62,501 nt of DNA. Source: Ruditapes philippinarum. Its lineage: Eukaryota. The first letter of the stretch is position 1. Each line of letters begins with the position of its first letter. Positions 36,145 through 51,100 of this stretch are shown here, in pieces. Location of the stretch: positions 1 through 62,501 of the forward strand of contig NW_026852643.1 of assembly GCF_026571515.1 (NCBI RefSeq), in the 5' to 3' direction. The position numbers and the translations under genes are program-made. The notes beneath the pieces are model-generated. The model made no database searches and was not told where the DNA came from. It saw only the letters and a program-made list of their open reading frames with translations.

Positions 36145-39100
36145 CTGAAAGAAAACAACGCGAATGAACAATTATAATTATTTATAAAACTCTAAGTATC
36201 AATATAAATAAAAGCTTGGGAAAGAAGAACCTATCGTACATAATGCTGGCTGCCATCCATACTACATCTATACCAGAACAATGCTAAACTTTTAGTCTTT
36301 TATATGATAAACGGTAACAGATATAATTGAACAGGAGTACAAAAATTCCTTTAAAATAAATATAAAATGTGACGTAATTATTCTTCTCAAATGGTTACCT
36401 TTGATCTCAGACGTTTCCTCAATAGCACAATCATAACGCATATTATCAGACCACATATTGTTCCGCCAACAGTGCCCCCAATTATGCCCGCGATACTGTC
36501 ATTTTCTGCAATTGTAGCTATTTCATCACTTTTAATATTCAATGTTCCTGGCTCTGCTTTCAGACGATATCCTTTTGCAACTACTATAGAGACGATATTT
36601 GACACTGCCCCTCGGTTTCCAGCATCGTCAACTGCTTGTATAGCGAAAAATGTAGTCTCGGTGTAGGACTTTTCAGCGTCTACAACAAACTTTATTGCTT
36701 CCGTTTGACCAGCCTCTTGAGGTATAAGACTTGTGTTTGTCATGTTCAAAATGGCAGCTGAATCAAAATTGTTTAAAAGCGCATCGAAGTCATCAGAAAC
36801 CCGCATTATATAAGATGATGCTGAAAGAAGAAATGTATATTTTTAAAACATTATTTTGAAATTATTTGGCATTTCAGAAAAAGATTACCTGAATAATTTT
36901 TCCATATAAGTGGATTTAAAGATCCTGTAGGTTTTGTGGTTGATATTGTTATTGTGTGTATACTACACTTGCAAAAAATAATATATGTATATAATCATGC
37001 AAATAAAACAATTTTCAAACATCAAAGAATATGAAAAATATGTACTGCAAATATTTGTGCACATTATATTAAATCAATAAATTATATGCATTCATTTCCT
37101 ATTGGAAAATTTTGACTTAGTTTTTATAGAAAATAAATTTCAAATTACATCCCTTTATTTACATGAAATGTTAAATTCGATAATATCTTTATAAATAATG
37201 CTTATTGGAACTTAATTGGAAGCATCATATCTATGAAATAAAACCATGAAAAAATGTGTAACAGGATCTTTAAATGGATATACCGCGTACTTGTACAAGC
37301 TGCATGATATGTGAGTTATAACATTTTGTTCATGTGTATAATTTTCATAAAAATCAACTAGCAACCCGACTCATTTAAGACAACATACCGCGTCCCTGAT
37401 TTCTATCATCACCGGTTGCAGTCCAACTTATTGTGAAATTTCTATTCTCTCCGTACACGGATGTTTCTTTTACAATGTGAAATATACCAACATCAGTAAT
37501 TCGTCCAGGGGCGACAACATCAGTAAAATCTTCGTCATTGATATCTTTAGTAACGTACAATTCTTCCATTACTTGAACCCGTTGAAATGATTCATCAAAA
37601 GGTTCGGGCTCATCTTCATCTTCTTAAAACATTAACACAATTTCTAAATTATTTCGAAAGCCGTTTACTTTTTATATTTATTTTTCATTCATTCATAAGA
37701 CAGAACCTTTCTTTTTTATAACTTTGTAAAAATGTGGATATTTGATATGATATTCAAAGATATTCTTTTCAAAAATCATTCAAAAGCGACTTATTTAATT
37801 GAGTGCATACCAAATAATGCTATAAGAGAAAAAACATATCAACTTTCTTTTAGGCAACTTTGTAGACATACTTTACTCAAACAACATTGTAACAAGAATT
37901 TGTTTCCAAAGAAATTTGAAAAAATAAAGTTACATTTACAATACAAACAATCTATACCTTCAATCACTGATGGGGCACCAATAACCTTTCTAGAAATTCG
38001 AGTCATGCCCTTTTGTCCAGATGCATAAACCTTAATGTTGACGCGTCCAGAGTCTAAACAACGAGGAAACACGTATCCGGAGTAAACACCATCATCGACA
38101 AATGCATCAGGATCTAAATATTAAATGATCAAACAACTGTGTTTAAAGTTTATAATTTATTCAGTTCTTAGCAATGTCTTGAGCTATTAATTATAAATGT
38201 ACAAAGGTTGGTCGAAAAATTGTTGTAATCGTTTTCTTAAGAAATACCTACTTTATGACTTGTCAACTCCATGATATGAAATTGCGACTTTTTAGTACAA
38301 AAAGGCTATTCAAGCAAAAAAAAACAAAACAAAACAAAACACAAAATTAAAACAAAAATATGATTTTATGTTGGTCTATATGGTCATGGCACACACGTTT
38401 TAAGATATTGTGCTATTGTCATTTGGCTTACCATGTCCATTATCGAGAAGTGACAATGTACATCGCTTATTATCAGCTTCAATATGTGCTTTTACCGATG
38501 CATTGATTACTTGTGAGTATCCCTTCGTAACAGTAGCAAACGCTACCGGGACGTCGCCAGAAGAAACGTCAATCTTTGACGCAGAAAGTTGCGTTGAGAT
38601 TTTGATGATATCAGGTTTTGTAGGCGTTGAACTTACATAATATTCAATAGTTTGATCGGGGTTTGACATTGATATTGTCAATAGATATAACCCCGCCTAG
38701 TTCAAAATAAAAATATTATTGTAAGTGTTAAACACATTGAAGTAAATTTGAAAGAAATTTTAATGATGATAGTTTTTTTTCATTCAACTATATTTGAATA
38801 AAATAGTATCTCAATATTGTCTTAAAATGTTTTATCTTCATATTAACAACCATGCATTCTGTTTAACAAAAGTGTAAATCAGTAAAGAAATGTCAATATA
38901 TCTAAACCATTAAAAATTATAGAATCAGTGATAATAATCCTACAATAAACGTATAATATTAAAATCATAAAATATTTACAACTGTTGAAGAATTAATCAA
39001 TACGAAGAAAATGATATATTGCTTCCAATCGAACTTCCATATGTCTTTCTATAAATCATATCCCAATATCAAATTAATATTCCATTGTTATTTAGATTAT

Positions 39101-42100
39101 AGTGGAATATCTTATTGTATATGGAATTAAGTAAACAAATGATACATATAGGTATGATCAAATGAGGTAGCGAGTCAAACCTTACCTTTGATCGCTTAAA
39201 ATATTTCTGTAATTCATGACCAGTTATCATTTTCTTATCATGTAAAAAACAAATTCACTAATTGATATCATTTAAATGTGAAATCTGTAAGCCAAAGAAG
39301 GAAAACATATATTTACTCACCTCGGCTATACCATTAATAAGCATCGTTACTTGCGTTCCGTTCATGGACAGTGCTTGAGTGAATCCATTTGGTCCAGAAA
39401 CTTCAAGGTGTAGTTCTTGGTATAATCTCGATATAACTGTAATTGTCGTATTAGCTCCAATACTTTCTTCTATTGCAAAGTCAAATTTGAGAGTTGTTGA
39501 ATTTGTTGAATCGATCTTTTCAGACACAAGCTTAAACAAAAAAAAAATATGAGTAATTACGTACAATTTAAAAGGTTACTTTTTATATCTTGCTTATTTT
39601 CCCATCTGCTATGATTTACTCGTAACCAATTGTTATCTTATTCTTAATATGTAACTATATGAAACAGTGTATATTTATCTGCCCTTTACACCGTTTTAAA
39701 CACATCTATGTCACATTTCAGCAGTAAATGAACCAAACCACTACTGAGATCAGTATCGGACTAAATAAAGGTAATTGTATTCTTAGATTAATGTTACCTA
39801 ACTAAAAAAGAATAAAATAAATCCTTTAGTGATGAATGACTATGATAAACAGGTGATACCTTCTTTAAGGCATTTTTATTAAAATAATCTTACAGACTAA
39901 GCTTTGAAGTTACGTCTCTATGACAAAAGTATTTTCTTGACTGAAATTAAATGCATATTTAACCGAAATTATAACGAACGTGATAAACTAACTGTTTCTA
40001 ATTGGCTGGCTGACATGGTATGATCGTCTTTTATTGATTCACTGAACGTAGCAGCAAAGCTGATGGAACCTTTGTCAAGGTATGTGTAATGTTTGCCACC
40101 AGTATCTTGTGCAATTTCAGCAAGGATGCTATCCGCCTCTTGTGAAACAGCTATCGTGTTTACAATTACTTTCTCACTAACAGCTTTTTGAATTGATGCC
40201 CGAATATTCCCTCTGTTGTTAAGACCATCGGATATCAGCACAATTCCAGTATTTTCAGCACTTTCTAGATTTATTTTTAGAATCTGTAAGCAAATATCAT
40301 GCATATAATTGTATAATGATGAAAATATAGTAGAAAAAAATAAAACTTAATTTTTATATATAAGCACATTTCATGTTTTATATGACTAGATGTGTTTTCT
40401 TTACCTTAATTGCTTCTTCAATACCACACCCTATGCATGTTGAACCTGATGCGACGGAAGGAAGACCAGATTTAAGGGCATCTTTATCAGCCTGGGAGTT
40501 GATCTGTTTAACATATGTTGTAGTTGAAGCCGAGCTGCTGAAGGTAACAATACCAAGCCAACTGCCTTGTGGTATGACATCTTGAATGACATACCTACAT
40601 GTCTGTTGTAATATGGTGAGCTTTAACTGCAAAATGATCACGAACATAACGTTTAAGATTGTTATACAATAATTGTAGTATAAACCGAGGGTGACATAAG
40701 CTGACATGCATTAATAGTAACATTTAACTTTTTTACATAAAACACACTTGAGAAATTAATAAATAGATTTCAAAATGGATTAAAATTTAGCAAAGTTTTA
40801 ATGGCAACTGATTGAAGGCTTCATGTCAAATCTTATAAAACTTTGCCAATGTACTTTCGGCGTTTGCATGAAGTGAAGTTCCAAAATAAATATTATTGGA
40901 TCCAATCCGATCAATTTTGCTTAGTTTTCATTTCCAGAGTCCAACAAATCTGTACTAAATACATATCATACTCCATCCTGCCTTGTTTAAATGTTTGATC
41001 ATATTAATTTGTTCTTGAAGTAACAAATTTTTGTCAAAAGATGTGAAACAAAGAGAACATGTTAGATTGTTGAAAACATTACTGATACTATTTGACATGT
41101 ACTTGGATGCAAAACCTATTTCAGAATCGGCAAGTACCCTGTACAATATATGTTTGACAACTATATACTAGTCCAATAGAATTCAGTTCTATTGGACGAG
41201 TATATAGTAAACATGTTATAAAGTCATAAAGATGCTTCTATAAAAAAAATAAAGAAATAAATATAGAAGCATCTTTATAACTTTATAACATGTTTCCTTA
41301 TTAAAATAACCGCCCCCCCCCCCCCAAAAAAAAAATAAATAAAAAAATTGCACATCAATAATATTAAACATATTAAATTATATGATAAGATTATCGGCAA
41401 TTAAGAGAAAGATCAACTTACAAATGTATTTAAGTATGGTATGTGTTAGTTTTTAAATATTTAAATATCGTTGTTTATATATACATGTAACACGTTTCTT
41501 ATTCTTATAATATGGAAAATGAATAAAAAATTTACCCCTTTCATACTTCCAGAAACATCTAGGACAAACACTCTATGTATTTCGTTCGAACTTTGAATAA
41601 TCTCAAAATTTGGAACGGTATTAGTGTCAGGTGGTAACAAAGTGTTATCTGAAATAAATATACATTATCAGGTTTGCATATGAATACCTATTGAAAGTCA
41701 TATCAATACATTTTGTGCAAGAAGTGTTGCATATACTTGTGTGATGTGGAGTGAATAAGGAATAATTAGCAGGATTTTATGATAGATGAGCGCACGCGTA
41801 AGAAACGGGACGTCTTTATTACGAATTTTACAAACAAAATATATTTATTAACTTTTCTTTTCCATAGTCCATAAAAACAGTTCCACATGGGCGGGTAGAA
41901 GAGTTTCGATTGTAGTAAATGAAAGTATAATTATCACCAAGTATTGGCAATATTATCTGGATTTTTATACTTATAAACAACACATCGTTTGTTCAGAGGA
42001 ATTTGCTAAAGAACAACATTCAAAACATTGACTGGGATATCATGAAAACTCCAAACTGTGATCAAGAGGATGCTTCGTGAAAGGAACTGATTATATTTAA

Positions 42101-45100
42101 TGTAGACGGGACAGTGTGGTATATATTGACACAATTAATTCTGCCCGCAAAAAGAAAGTGACATCTCGCCCACAGCAACATACATAATAAAAGCAAATGA
42201 AATTATCCAAGATAAGACAACATTTTGGCATCTTTCCCACAGCAAATTCAACCCTGATCGTACCAGGCATCAGTTAACACAACATTATTGATTTTGGGCA
42301 ACACACATCTGCAAAAATCAAATATTGCAAGCTTGTGAAATTAAATTAAAGAAAGAGACAATGAGAGTGTTGAAAACATTATATGAGAAGTACCACTAAG
42401 CTATATGTTAAAAAGGGCAATACTAAATAAAAACATAAAATTTATTGTTAAAAATTCAAACTCCACGTAGTCTAAATAACGGTACACCAGTCTGTTCCAA
42501 CAAAACATAAGCTAATCAACAACTCGTTTTTCGCGTTACTAAATGTACCCATCTTTTCTTTTAAAATGCGGAAGAAAGTATGAAGAAAGTTTTCAAAAGA
42601 ATCAAAGAAACACATAATTCTATTTTCTCTGAAACAAATATAGATGCCTATATCTTATGAAGCATATTAAGAAGAATTTCTATAACAAAACGTTTAAGAA
42701 AATCATCGCATAACAAACTTTTACAAGTGATAACTGAATTTAGATGTATGTTATAATAAAATATGTTTGTGTCGATATATGTTATTTAAAGAAGACTATC
42801 TTCTAGGCTGATTGCAGTGTGGACAGATAACAACAATGTGATAATAAGATCAAAATGATCAATAATTTTTATAATGAACAAGGCATATATAAAAGCGAAC
42901 TAGAGGGGCATTGCCTTGTAACAGTCAGCAGCATAAGAACTACTAGGGGTTAAAATTGGATAATTGTGCACAAGACCTCACCCTAAGCCCCAACAATTTC
43001 CTATTCAACAAACCAGTAATAACAAAGTGATCACCAAACAGTTGTTATGGTAACAAAAGGTTCAATAAGTAATACACAGAAAGGATCCTGTAGAGATATA
43101 TAAACCAAAATGAGCATAACAAAAGTCAATGTCCTAAAGGAAGAAAGAAAAGTAATAAAAAGAGCATTGAAAGGTAACGAATACCTGCATTACAGTTAAC
43201 GCACTGCGCATGTATGGGTTAACGATTTAACTCTGACACATTTCAATAGAAAGGTCTTCAAATTAGGTACAACTATTAATATCAACTATAAGATCCCGAC
43301 AAAACAAGGCAAAAGAAGTTCACTTAGTACTTAATTATAAATTATTTATGTCTAACACGTTAGGTCATATCAAAATAAAACGAACCTTTGAAATCAATGT
43401 GTTTTCTCATAACCTCCCAGACGCTCTTGTATTTGCAAACAATGTTGTGTCTATTTGGTGCTTGTCTGTTATGCCTTTGCTCAGAATTCACAGTTAAATC
43501 ATCTTTATCACAAAAACTTTTAATCTATGATAAAAAATCAATGTCATGACAAAATAAGAGTTTATTTCTGTAAATGTTTATGATAATCATGATACAATAT
43601 TAACTCATAAGGAATTGACTTTATTGTACATTCGTGTTGAGGGCTTATTTAGCTTTAGATTACACACATTGCCAATTTTGAAAATATTAGAATAGTAGCA
43701 CATCTCTATATCTGTCTATAGGACACTGAAGAAAAAAAACTAGAAGTGGAAGGTCTTTTTTTGATATTTACGAGGCCTTAATTTTCAAAAACTTTAAAAA
43801 CTTGAAACGGACTTCAATTCTTAATAAAATCACAGTGTAGGCAAAGACAGATAAGTGTTCACAAGATGTTGAGGACGAATGGGGCTATTTTACCTTTACA
43901 AATCTAGAATGCTCGTGAACTTACTGAATTAAAAAAGGAATATCCCATCAAGCTTGCACTATTATCCTTTTGTTCAATCGGACAAAACTTACATCGATCA
44001 CTTATTTTTTTACCCGTGTTAGAAATGTCACATTCAATGTCATTTGAAGAGCATCCTTTTCCGATTCCGATCTTTCCCTTTATTTGTGTGGTGCACCTAA
44101 TATCAAATAAAACGATATATTAGTTTTTGTTTTAGCTTAAATTTCAACAAACATGTGTGCGTAAGGTTAAACGTTTGTTTACTTCAATACAATGTAACAC
44201 AGCTATTCGTCCTGAAACAGAAATGTTTATGGTCAAAAGGTCAATGTCACTTGGACCTGCTATAACAAGATATGGAACTGGTCATTTAATCTACATTAAC
44301 CTTGGACCTCCAAACTTTGTATGATGATGTACTGATCACACATATTGCCAGGTCAAAACTGGCATGCCATTTAATCTTTATGCACCTTATATTGTACATT
44401 ATTACTAAAATTGATAACTAAATGTGACATTTTAGAATAATACCTTATATTTTATATCTCTTTACAGGAGTAATGACAAGGTAAAGTAAGAGCATCGAAA
44501 CACGAGGCTATCTGATTTGTACAAAGGGGCGTAGCCCCCGAGTATAAATCAGATTGCCGAGTGTTTTGATGTTCTTTCTCTTTTGTATTATAGTCATGTC
44601 ACATTATGAAACCCCAAGGAAAATTAACCAAATGAACGATCATCTGAATATGATATTTTTGTCGCTTTCCCTTTCTCTTCCGTCGCAATAAGCAACCACA
44701 ACAAAAATGAGCCAATCAATGGACATGCTCAGGAGTGCGGGTAACTAATACAAGTCCTGCACTCCAGTTAACGCACGCACTGTGCATGTATATGTATACG
44801 ATTTAACTCTGACACATTTTCAACAGAAAAGTCCCCAAACTATAGTACAATTTACAGATATCAAGTTTCAAGATAGCTTGACACCAACAAAAAAGAAATC
44901 GAAAGCAAAACTGGGACAGTTTATGAATACCTGATGTAACTATAATATAAATTAAAACGTAGAATGTATATCCGATTATGTAATAATATTAAAAAAAATG
45001 TTTAACGTATCCTAAAACATGGGAAGATTTAAAGAAAATTTAAGTTTAATACTGCACCTTACAGGGATCCATTTACCACTTCCTTGATAAAATTTTGTTG

Positions 45101-48100
45101 AAATTGGATATTCATCAAAAACTCCCCATCTTAGATGAGCCCACTCATGGACAATCACGTGATCTTTACAACATATAAAAACAGTACTATCGTTACGTGT
45201 TTTGTATCAAGATTAGTATGAAATCTTAAATAATAACTGCATATCTTTAGTTTCAAAATTAATATCAACTCTGTACTTTGCAAAAAAATCCAATACTGAC
45301 ATTAAATAAAAACCATGAGATCTTTAAGAGAACAAAAAGTATAATGTTTATGAAAATATAACCAATATTTCATTGAAATGTAATGTAATATTTAGGTCAG
45401 AACATCGTCTAGGATGCTTAGCTGAGCTTCTTAGGCCGATTTGGCAGTCATGACTCTAGATTTGACACACTTCACAGACAGCTATGAGATACAACGGAAT
45501 CCTGGAACCAGTCCCTAGCTCTTTTTGAAAAGACCTCTTGGTTCTTTTACACGCCCGAGTGTATAGCACTGATGCGCGGATTACCTGGATTTCTTACAAG
45601 TACTCGTATACCTCTAGTTAGGTGAGAAACACTGAAAAATCCCACGAGTGTTGCGTTCATTGAACGCCGCCTTTCTTTGTTGATCTTGTTTATCATATTT
45701 TACCCAGGATCGAACCCGGGACCTCGGGATTGACAGCCATGGGTCTAACCAACTGAGCTATTGCGCCACGTACGAAATAACACTTCTCAAAAAGTACTAG
45801 TAATAAACACATGCAAAAAGTTTTTATACCGGTTGCTGCATAAACATTTCAATTAATTGGTACTTTGAATCTGTTATCTAAATATTTTCGCAGAACAATT
45901 GATGTTGTAGTCTTGCTTTGGAAATGGGTGTTTTGTGCCCTTTGCTGGTAATATTAAAAACAATTCGATTCAATCAAGCCATGTCTGCAGCTTTTGTTTT
46001 TGGCAATTTAGTGCAATTCTAATTGTGATATGAAGTTTATCGTTTGACGATAAGTACAGGATTGTAAAAATACTTGTTCTGATTTCGTTTTTTTCAGCAA
46101 CCTTTCTCGCTAGCTGACACAAATATTTACTGTTATATAGAGATGTAAACTCTAGCTTTTATACAAAGATGTTAACTGTTAACTGATGAACAAATATGAC
46201 AAGAGCTGACAGTAGGACAGGGTGCTGAACTTAGTGCTTGATAGTCAAACAAGAGCCTGGATTATATAGAATTGTCTTAAAAGGGCCAAATCTCTGTTCA
46301 AACCAGTGTTATATATATGGGCCTTTGGCAGTGACCTTCAATGCTCGTTAGTAAGTGTGTGAAGTTTGTTTAAGTACTTTTGGAGAGACCAACTTGCACG
46401 CAAAAACTTAACCAAAATGCGACAGCGTTGGCTAAAATAATTTATACAGGGACTTCTTTTGTAATTCAAACATAAAAGCGATTCTTCAAATATGTACACA
46501 CTGTTGTATAATAATTACGTAAATTGTTATTATACAAAGATACAAACTGATCTACCTAGATGTGAACCGTTATCTAACTTTTAGGTTGCTAACTGTTAAA
46601 CAACTGTGTTTTTTCAAATATTCAAATATGTGAACACTTTTTAACAAAGGTGTTAAATTTTATACTCAGATGTTAACAGTTCTTTGAAAAGATTTAAACT
46701 GCTCTTCAAACTGCATTTGTAAAAAAGAAAGATGTGAACTGGTTTAAAAAACAGTAAACTGTTTTCCAAAAATGTGAACTTTTAAACAAAGATGAAAAGA
46801 CATTAACAATAACGATATCACTTTTACAAAACTGTTACCTGTACCTAGATGAAAATATTAAAAATAAATAAAAATGAAAATCATTATTCGACGATATAAA
46901 GTTTTTAACAATGATGCATTCATTTAGTATTCGCCAGGGCCAACAAAAAACTGCAAAAAAAAGAAAAGAAAAAGAAAAAAAAAGAAACTGTCATGAAAAA
47001 AAAACATCAAGTAATACAAACAAAAAATAAATATATCAGCAGATATGTCCATTCAATGTATTCTATATTAGTTTATTTAATCTACAATTTATTTTGTCTA
47101 TACATTTATTTTCACCAGCGATACCAGGAAAAAACGACTCGAAGGAAACAAGGTGGAAAGGTTAACTTACCATGTGACCCCCATCTAGTGTATCCCCCTT
47201 TTAGAATGAAGTCTGTAGAACTTAAGAACATGTAACTTCCCTCTGCTCCACAAACGCCTGTAGAACGTACATGTGGGGTTGTCATACCAGCGATAATTTT
47301 ATCAAGTATAATATATTGCCTAGACAGGGATGGAGCTGGGATATTCAAGTACTCTGGCTTCTTCGACCATGATTTTGGAACTACTATCCTGATATTTTTT
47401 AAGTATAACCTGTTTTCTGTTGCTGTAAGCATTAAGCTTGATGCCTCGGTAAATACCTCCTGTCGAAAGTGTTAATTTCAAATTTAGTTTGTCGAATGAG
47501 TTAAAGCAACCCTTAGTAAAAGATACAAATCTTTCAATTTCAAAATCAAATAACCAGCTCATTGTCCATAAACAGACCTCGCTCGAATATATTTGTTCTT
47601 ATGTTCTTAGATAATTGTAAGTTTGAATGATACAGATTTTATTCTGCCTACATATTCATATGTAACTTTTGCTAATGCATTTAACATATATAATAATTCC
47701 TAATGTAATTTATAGTTAAACGTATTGTTTCGATAATAAAATGTATAAAATGGGTGCATTAATATGACAGCATGTATCTTGGTATAATTATTTTGTTAAA
47801 GGAACCACTATATAACAGTTTTATAGAAAAGATGTAAAGCTATTTTGACTGAAATATTTTTTCATAAGATTATTATTGTAAACATATACTGCTACAATAA
47901 TCTTATACTTCAACCCGGAACAAGATATTAGCCTGCTTTTTTGTATTAAAAGTACTTTATAACCGTTTAGCAATGATTTTACGCATGCATTTTTGTACAA
48001 TTATATTTATATTTCTTTTAATCAAATAATTTTGAAGTTATTCTTTTCGTCAGATTAAGCTGACTACATTTGTATTTTCCAGACGTTTAGCAACTGACAT

Positions 48101-51100
48101 TTTCACGTAATTACAGTATTGACGACCATACACAAATGTTTGTTTACGACCGTTACAATAGGGCAAATGATGTCATATTTTCTAGTGACGTTAGGAATAC
48201 GTACACATACTTTTCCCTGAATATTACCGTTTGTACATGTATGTTGTGTTTAAAGAATACCGTAATGCATCAAAGTAATAAACTAACCCTAATTCTTTTC
48301 GTGCGCCGGTATAACGTTACCAAGGTTCGATTCGTTTTCACGACATGCCGGTTACGCGTTCTTATTTGAGACAGATTTCCCCTTTAAGTGATATATAATT
48401 CATGTTTTTCTATCAATAACTCTCACGACAATAACTGCAGTGCACGAATTTTTTGGACAACCCTCGTATACTATTTCGACATTTTTTTACAAAAAACTAT
48501 CTCAGTGTCTTGTCCGTGATCTTAAGGGGAATTCTTAAACAATCGTCTTTTCCGTGCCCTTTTGTGACAATTTTGGCCGCAAAGCTATACATGTATCTTT
48601 TGTATTTGTGTTAAAAGCTATTTTATATGATTTTTTAAACTTTTATCTTAAACTAACTAGGAATTGTCTATGATTTTCTACTACATTTCTATGCAGGGCA
48701 ATGCACTTTTTGTCCTACGCAGATTGCTCATAAGGGGAAGAAAGGAAAAACAACGTTTAAAAATGCGCAAGAACGTTCCTGGTGGAATGCAAAATAGTGA
48801 TTGATGTCATACTTAAGCACATTACTTCATATAAAAGTCTTTTCACGTCTCTTCACCTCCTTTTGAGGCCTCAAATATGGAAAATCCCCAATTTAGGTCC
48901 CAAACACTTTTTTTCGTTTGAGACACATTAAGGGGGATGTGGCCCCTTCTGCTTGGAGTTAGCAGACCTCCTCTTTTCCAAGAAAATTTGGACTTGTGAG
49001 AGGCTTAAAATAGCCTCAGGTCGATTTTAAGGTAATGAAAAACTTACTTTGAAAAGCGGAGAAGTTGCAGCAGTTTTGATGGATTAATGAACGCAATATT
49101 GTGATTCTTTTGGCAATTTTGAGATGTCCCCTCGTTTCCATGGTAACAGGAAGATAAAGATTGAGTATGCCGTTACAAGTCAACAGTTGTGCCGCGTTTG
49201 AACAGTATTGAAGCCTTTTTTTATAGTTTTATAGCAATTTGAACATGTAACACATGTAACACCAGGCTTTTCAATGAAAACGGCCATATTTCACAAAATG
49301 CTCATGACGTAATGGATTAAGATATGTATTTGATGAAACAATATATATTTGGTTAAAACTTGCAAAACGGAAACTTTGCTGACAGCACATATGGTCTAAG
49401 AAGCAGGAAGCGAACTTAAAGCAGAATGAGAGAGTTTAAATGTAACACAAATTGATTGGGGATGAGATACAGGACGAGTGTAATCGAAGCCAACATATAT
49501 ACTGGAGGTCAATAATGGTATATCAATGGTATTTAAATCTCTCGCTTAAAAGGATCGACACAAATAAGATGGTATTCTGTTGCGACCTGGTTCATATTTC
49601 TTATTCTACACTGTCTAGCTTTTCTACGGACATCACATTATCCACCGAATTGATCATACACGACATTCCTAATTTTAAATCCATTGAAATTTTATTCAGT
49701 ACATAATTTCATAAATACAATGTACTAATTTTTGCCAGCTAGAAATTTAAAAAGTGTCATATAACGTTGAAATATTTTTCTTCCTGATACTTTGTTTGCA
49801 AGTCATAGTCATACGTTCGTTTTGAAGTTTTTATTTCTAAATTGTTTTGTTCCTAAATATAGAAAATATATTTTTCCATTGACAAAAGAATTAAATCATC
49901 GTCACGTGCGCACAAAAACGCATACACATGATACATGTGAAATTTTAGATGCATCTGCAGACGTTTCCGCAGATGTATTTACTTCTGCAGTATACGCTCA
50001 AAATGACACGTCTTTGCATTCAAATTTACAGTCGGATGCTTCCAGATGAGCTAAAATATTTCAAGAAAATGAAAGTTGAAAAAAGTGTGGTAAGATTTTA
50101 AAAAAGTAAAAAATAATCTAGATAAAGTAAAAGTTCACATCTATTCGATTAATAAGAGTTAAATACACGGCAGAGTAGGGCCGAAAGGCGGAAGGTGATA
50201 ATTGACCCACAAAATGAAAAATTCCCCCGAGGGCTTCAGCCCCAGAACATTATTCATTACAGGGCCGATTTTCACTTTCTGGCCGGTCTTTGGCGTGTAT
50301 TAATGTCTTTATACACTTGATAGATTTAATAGTAGCATTTATTTTTAAATTACGTTGATATTTTTTGTTTAAATTCCTCTCACTTGAGATTATTTTTTTT
50401 CTGCACACACAGTTACTCCCTTTGTGTATTCAACGAACTGTACACTAGAATCAAGGAGCAAGTTTTATTTTCTTTTTCTCGAGATAAATTTGTCGAAGTT
50501 TTCATTACAATTCAACAAAACTTTTTGTCCAAATACGTTTAAAAACCTCGAAGAATTCGTGCTTAAGCCTACTTTCACTTTTACAGCTTGTTGTGTTGAT
50601 GACGTAAAATGTGATGTCATTGTTTCAGTTTCTGCACGTACTCGTGTTTAGCGGCCGATTATGATTATATGAATGTTCTGCCCCGGTCACAGTTGATATC
50701 ATAGGAAATCTTGTTAATATATATATATATATAGTAACAAGAGTATTAATGGCTCATGTTGCAGTGTTTATCACGATAATGTTTATTTCTACTGCCTGGC
50801 TAACGCACTAAGAGTTAATTTCGCAAAATAGATAAATACAGAATCCCTAAAGAAAGCCCAACGGCAAAATTGAAAATGTTGCAGGCTCGGTTTGATTGAG
50901 CCTGTTCATGGACAGTACTGGAATGTGCAAGTTACCGTCCACGCCCCCTAGCACCGGCTTAAGCAGAATTCAACATTTAAACATGAAATAGTAAAATTTT
51001 GAATTTAGAAACATCCGCAGATGTGTTCATACGGCGGTTATCATGGAACCTTCAATGTGACACTTCAGTGCCATTCCATGAAAAGCGGCGTATGGTCCCC

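Noticed and set aside
45700-45768. tRNA-like sequence with a GTC anticodon-like loop on the minus strand
   Set aside because: The acceptor and anticodon stems pair poorly and the sequence continues into a SINE body, so it is a SINE head rather than a tRNA gene
48425-48470. Solo mariner-like terminus (reverse TACGAGGGTTGTCCAAAAAATTC)
   Set aside because: No partner TIR found nearby, so element boundaries cannot be defined
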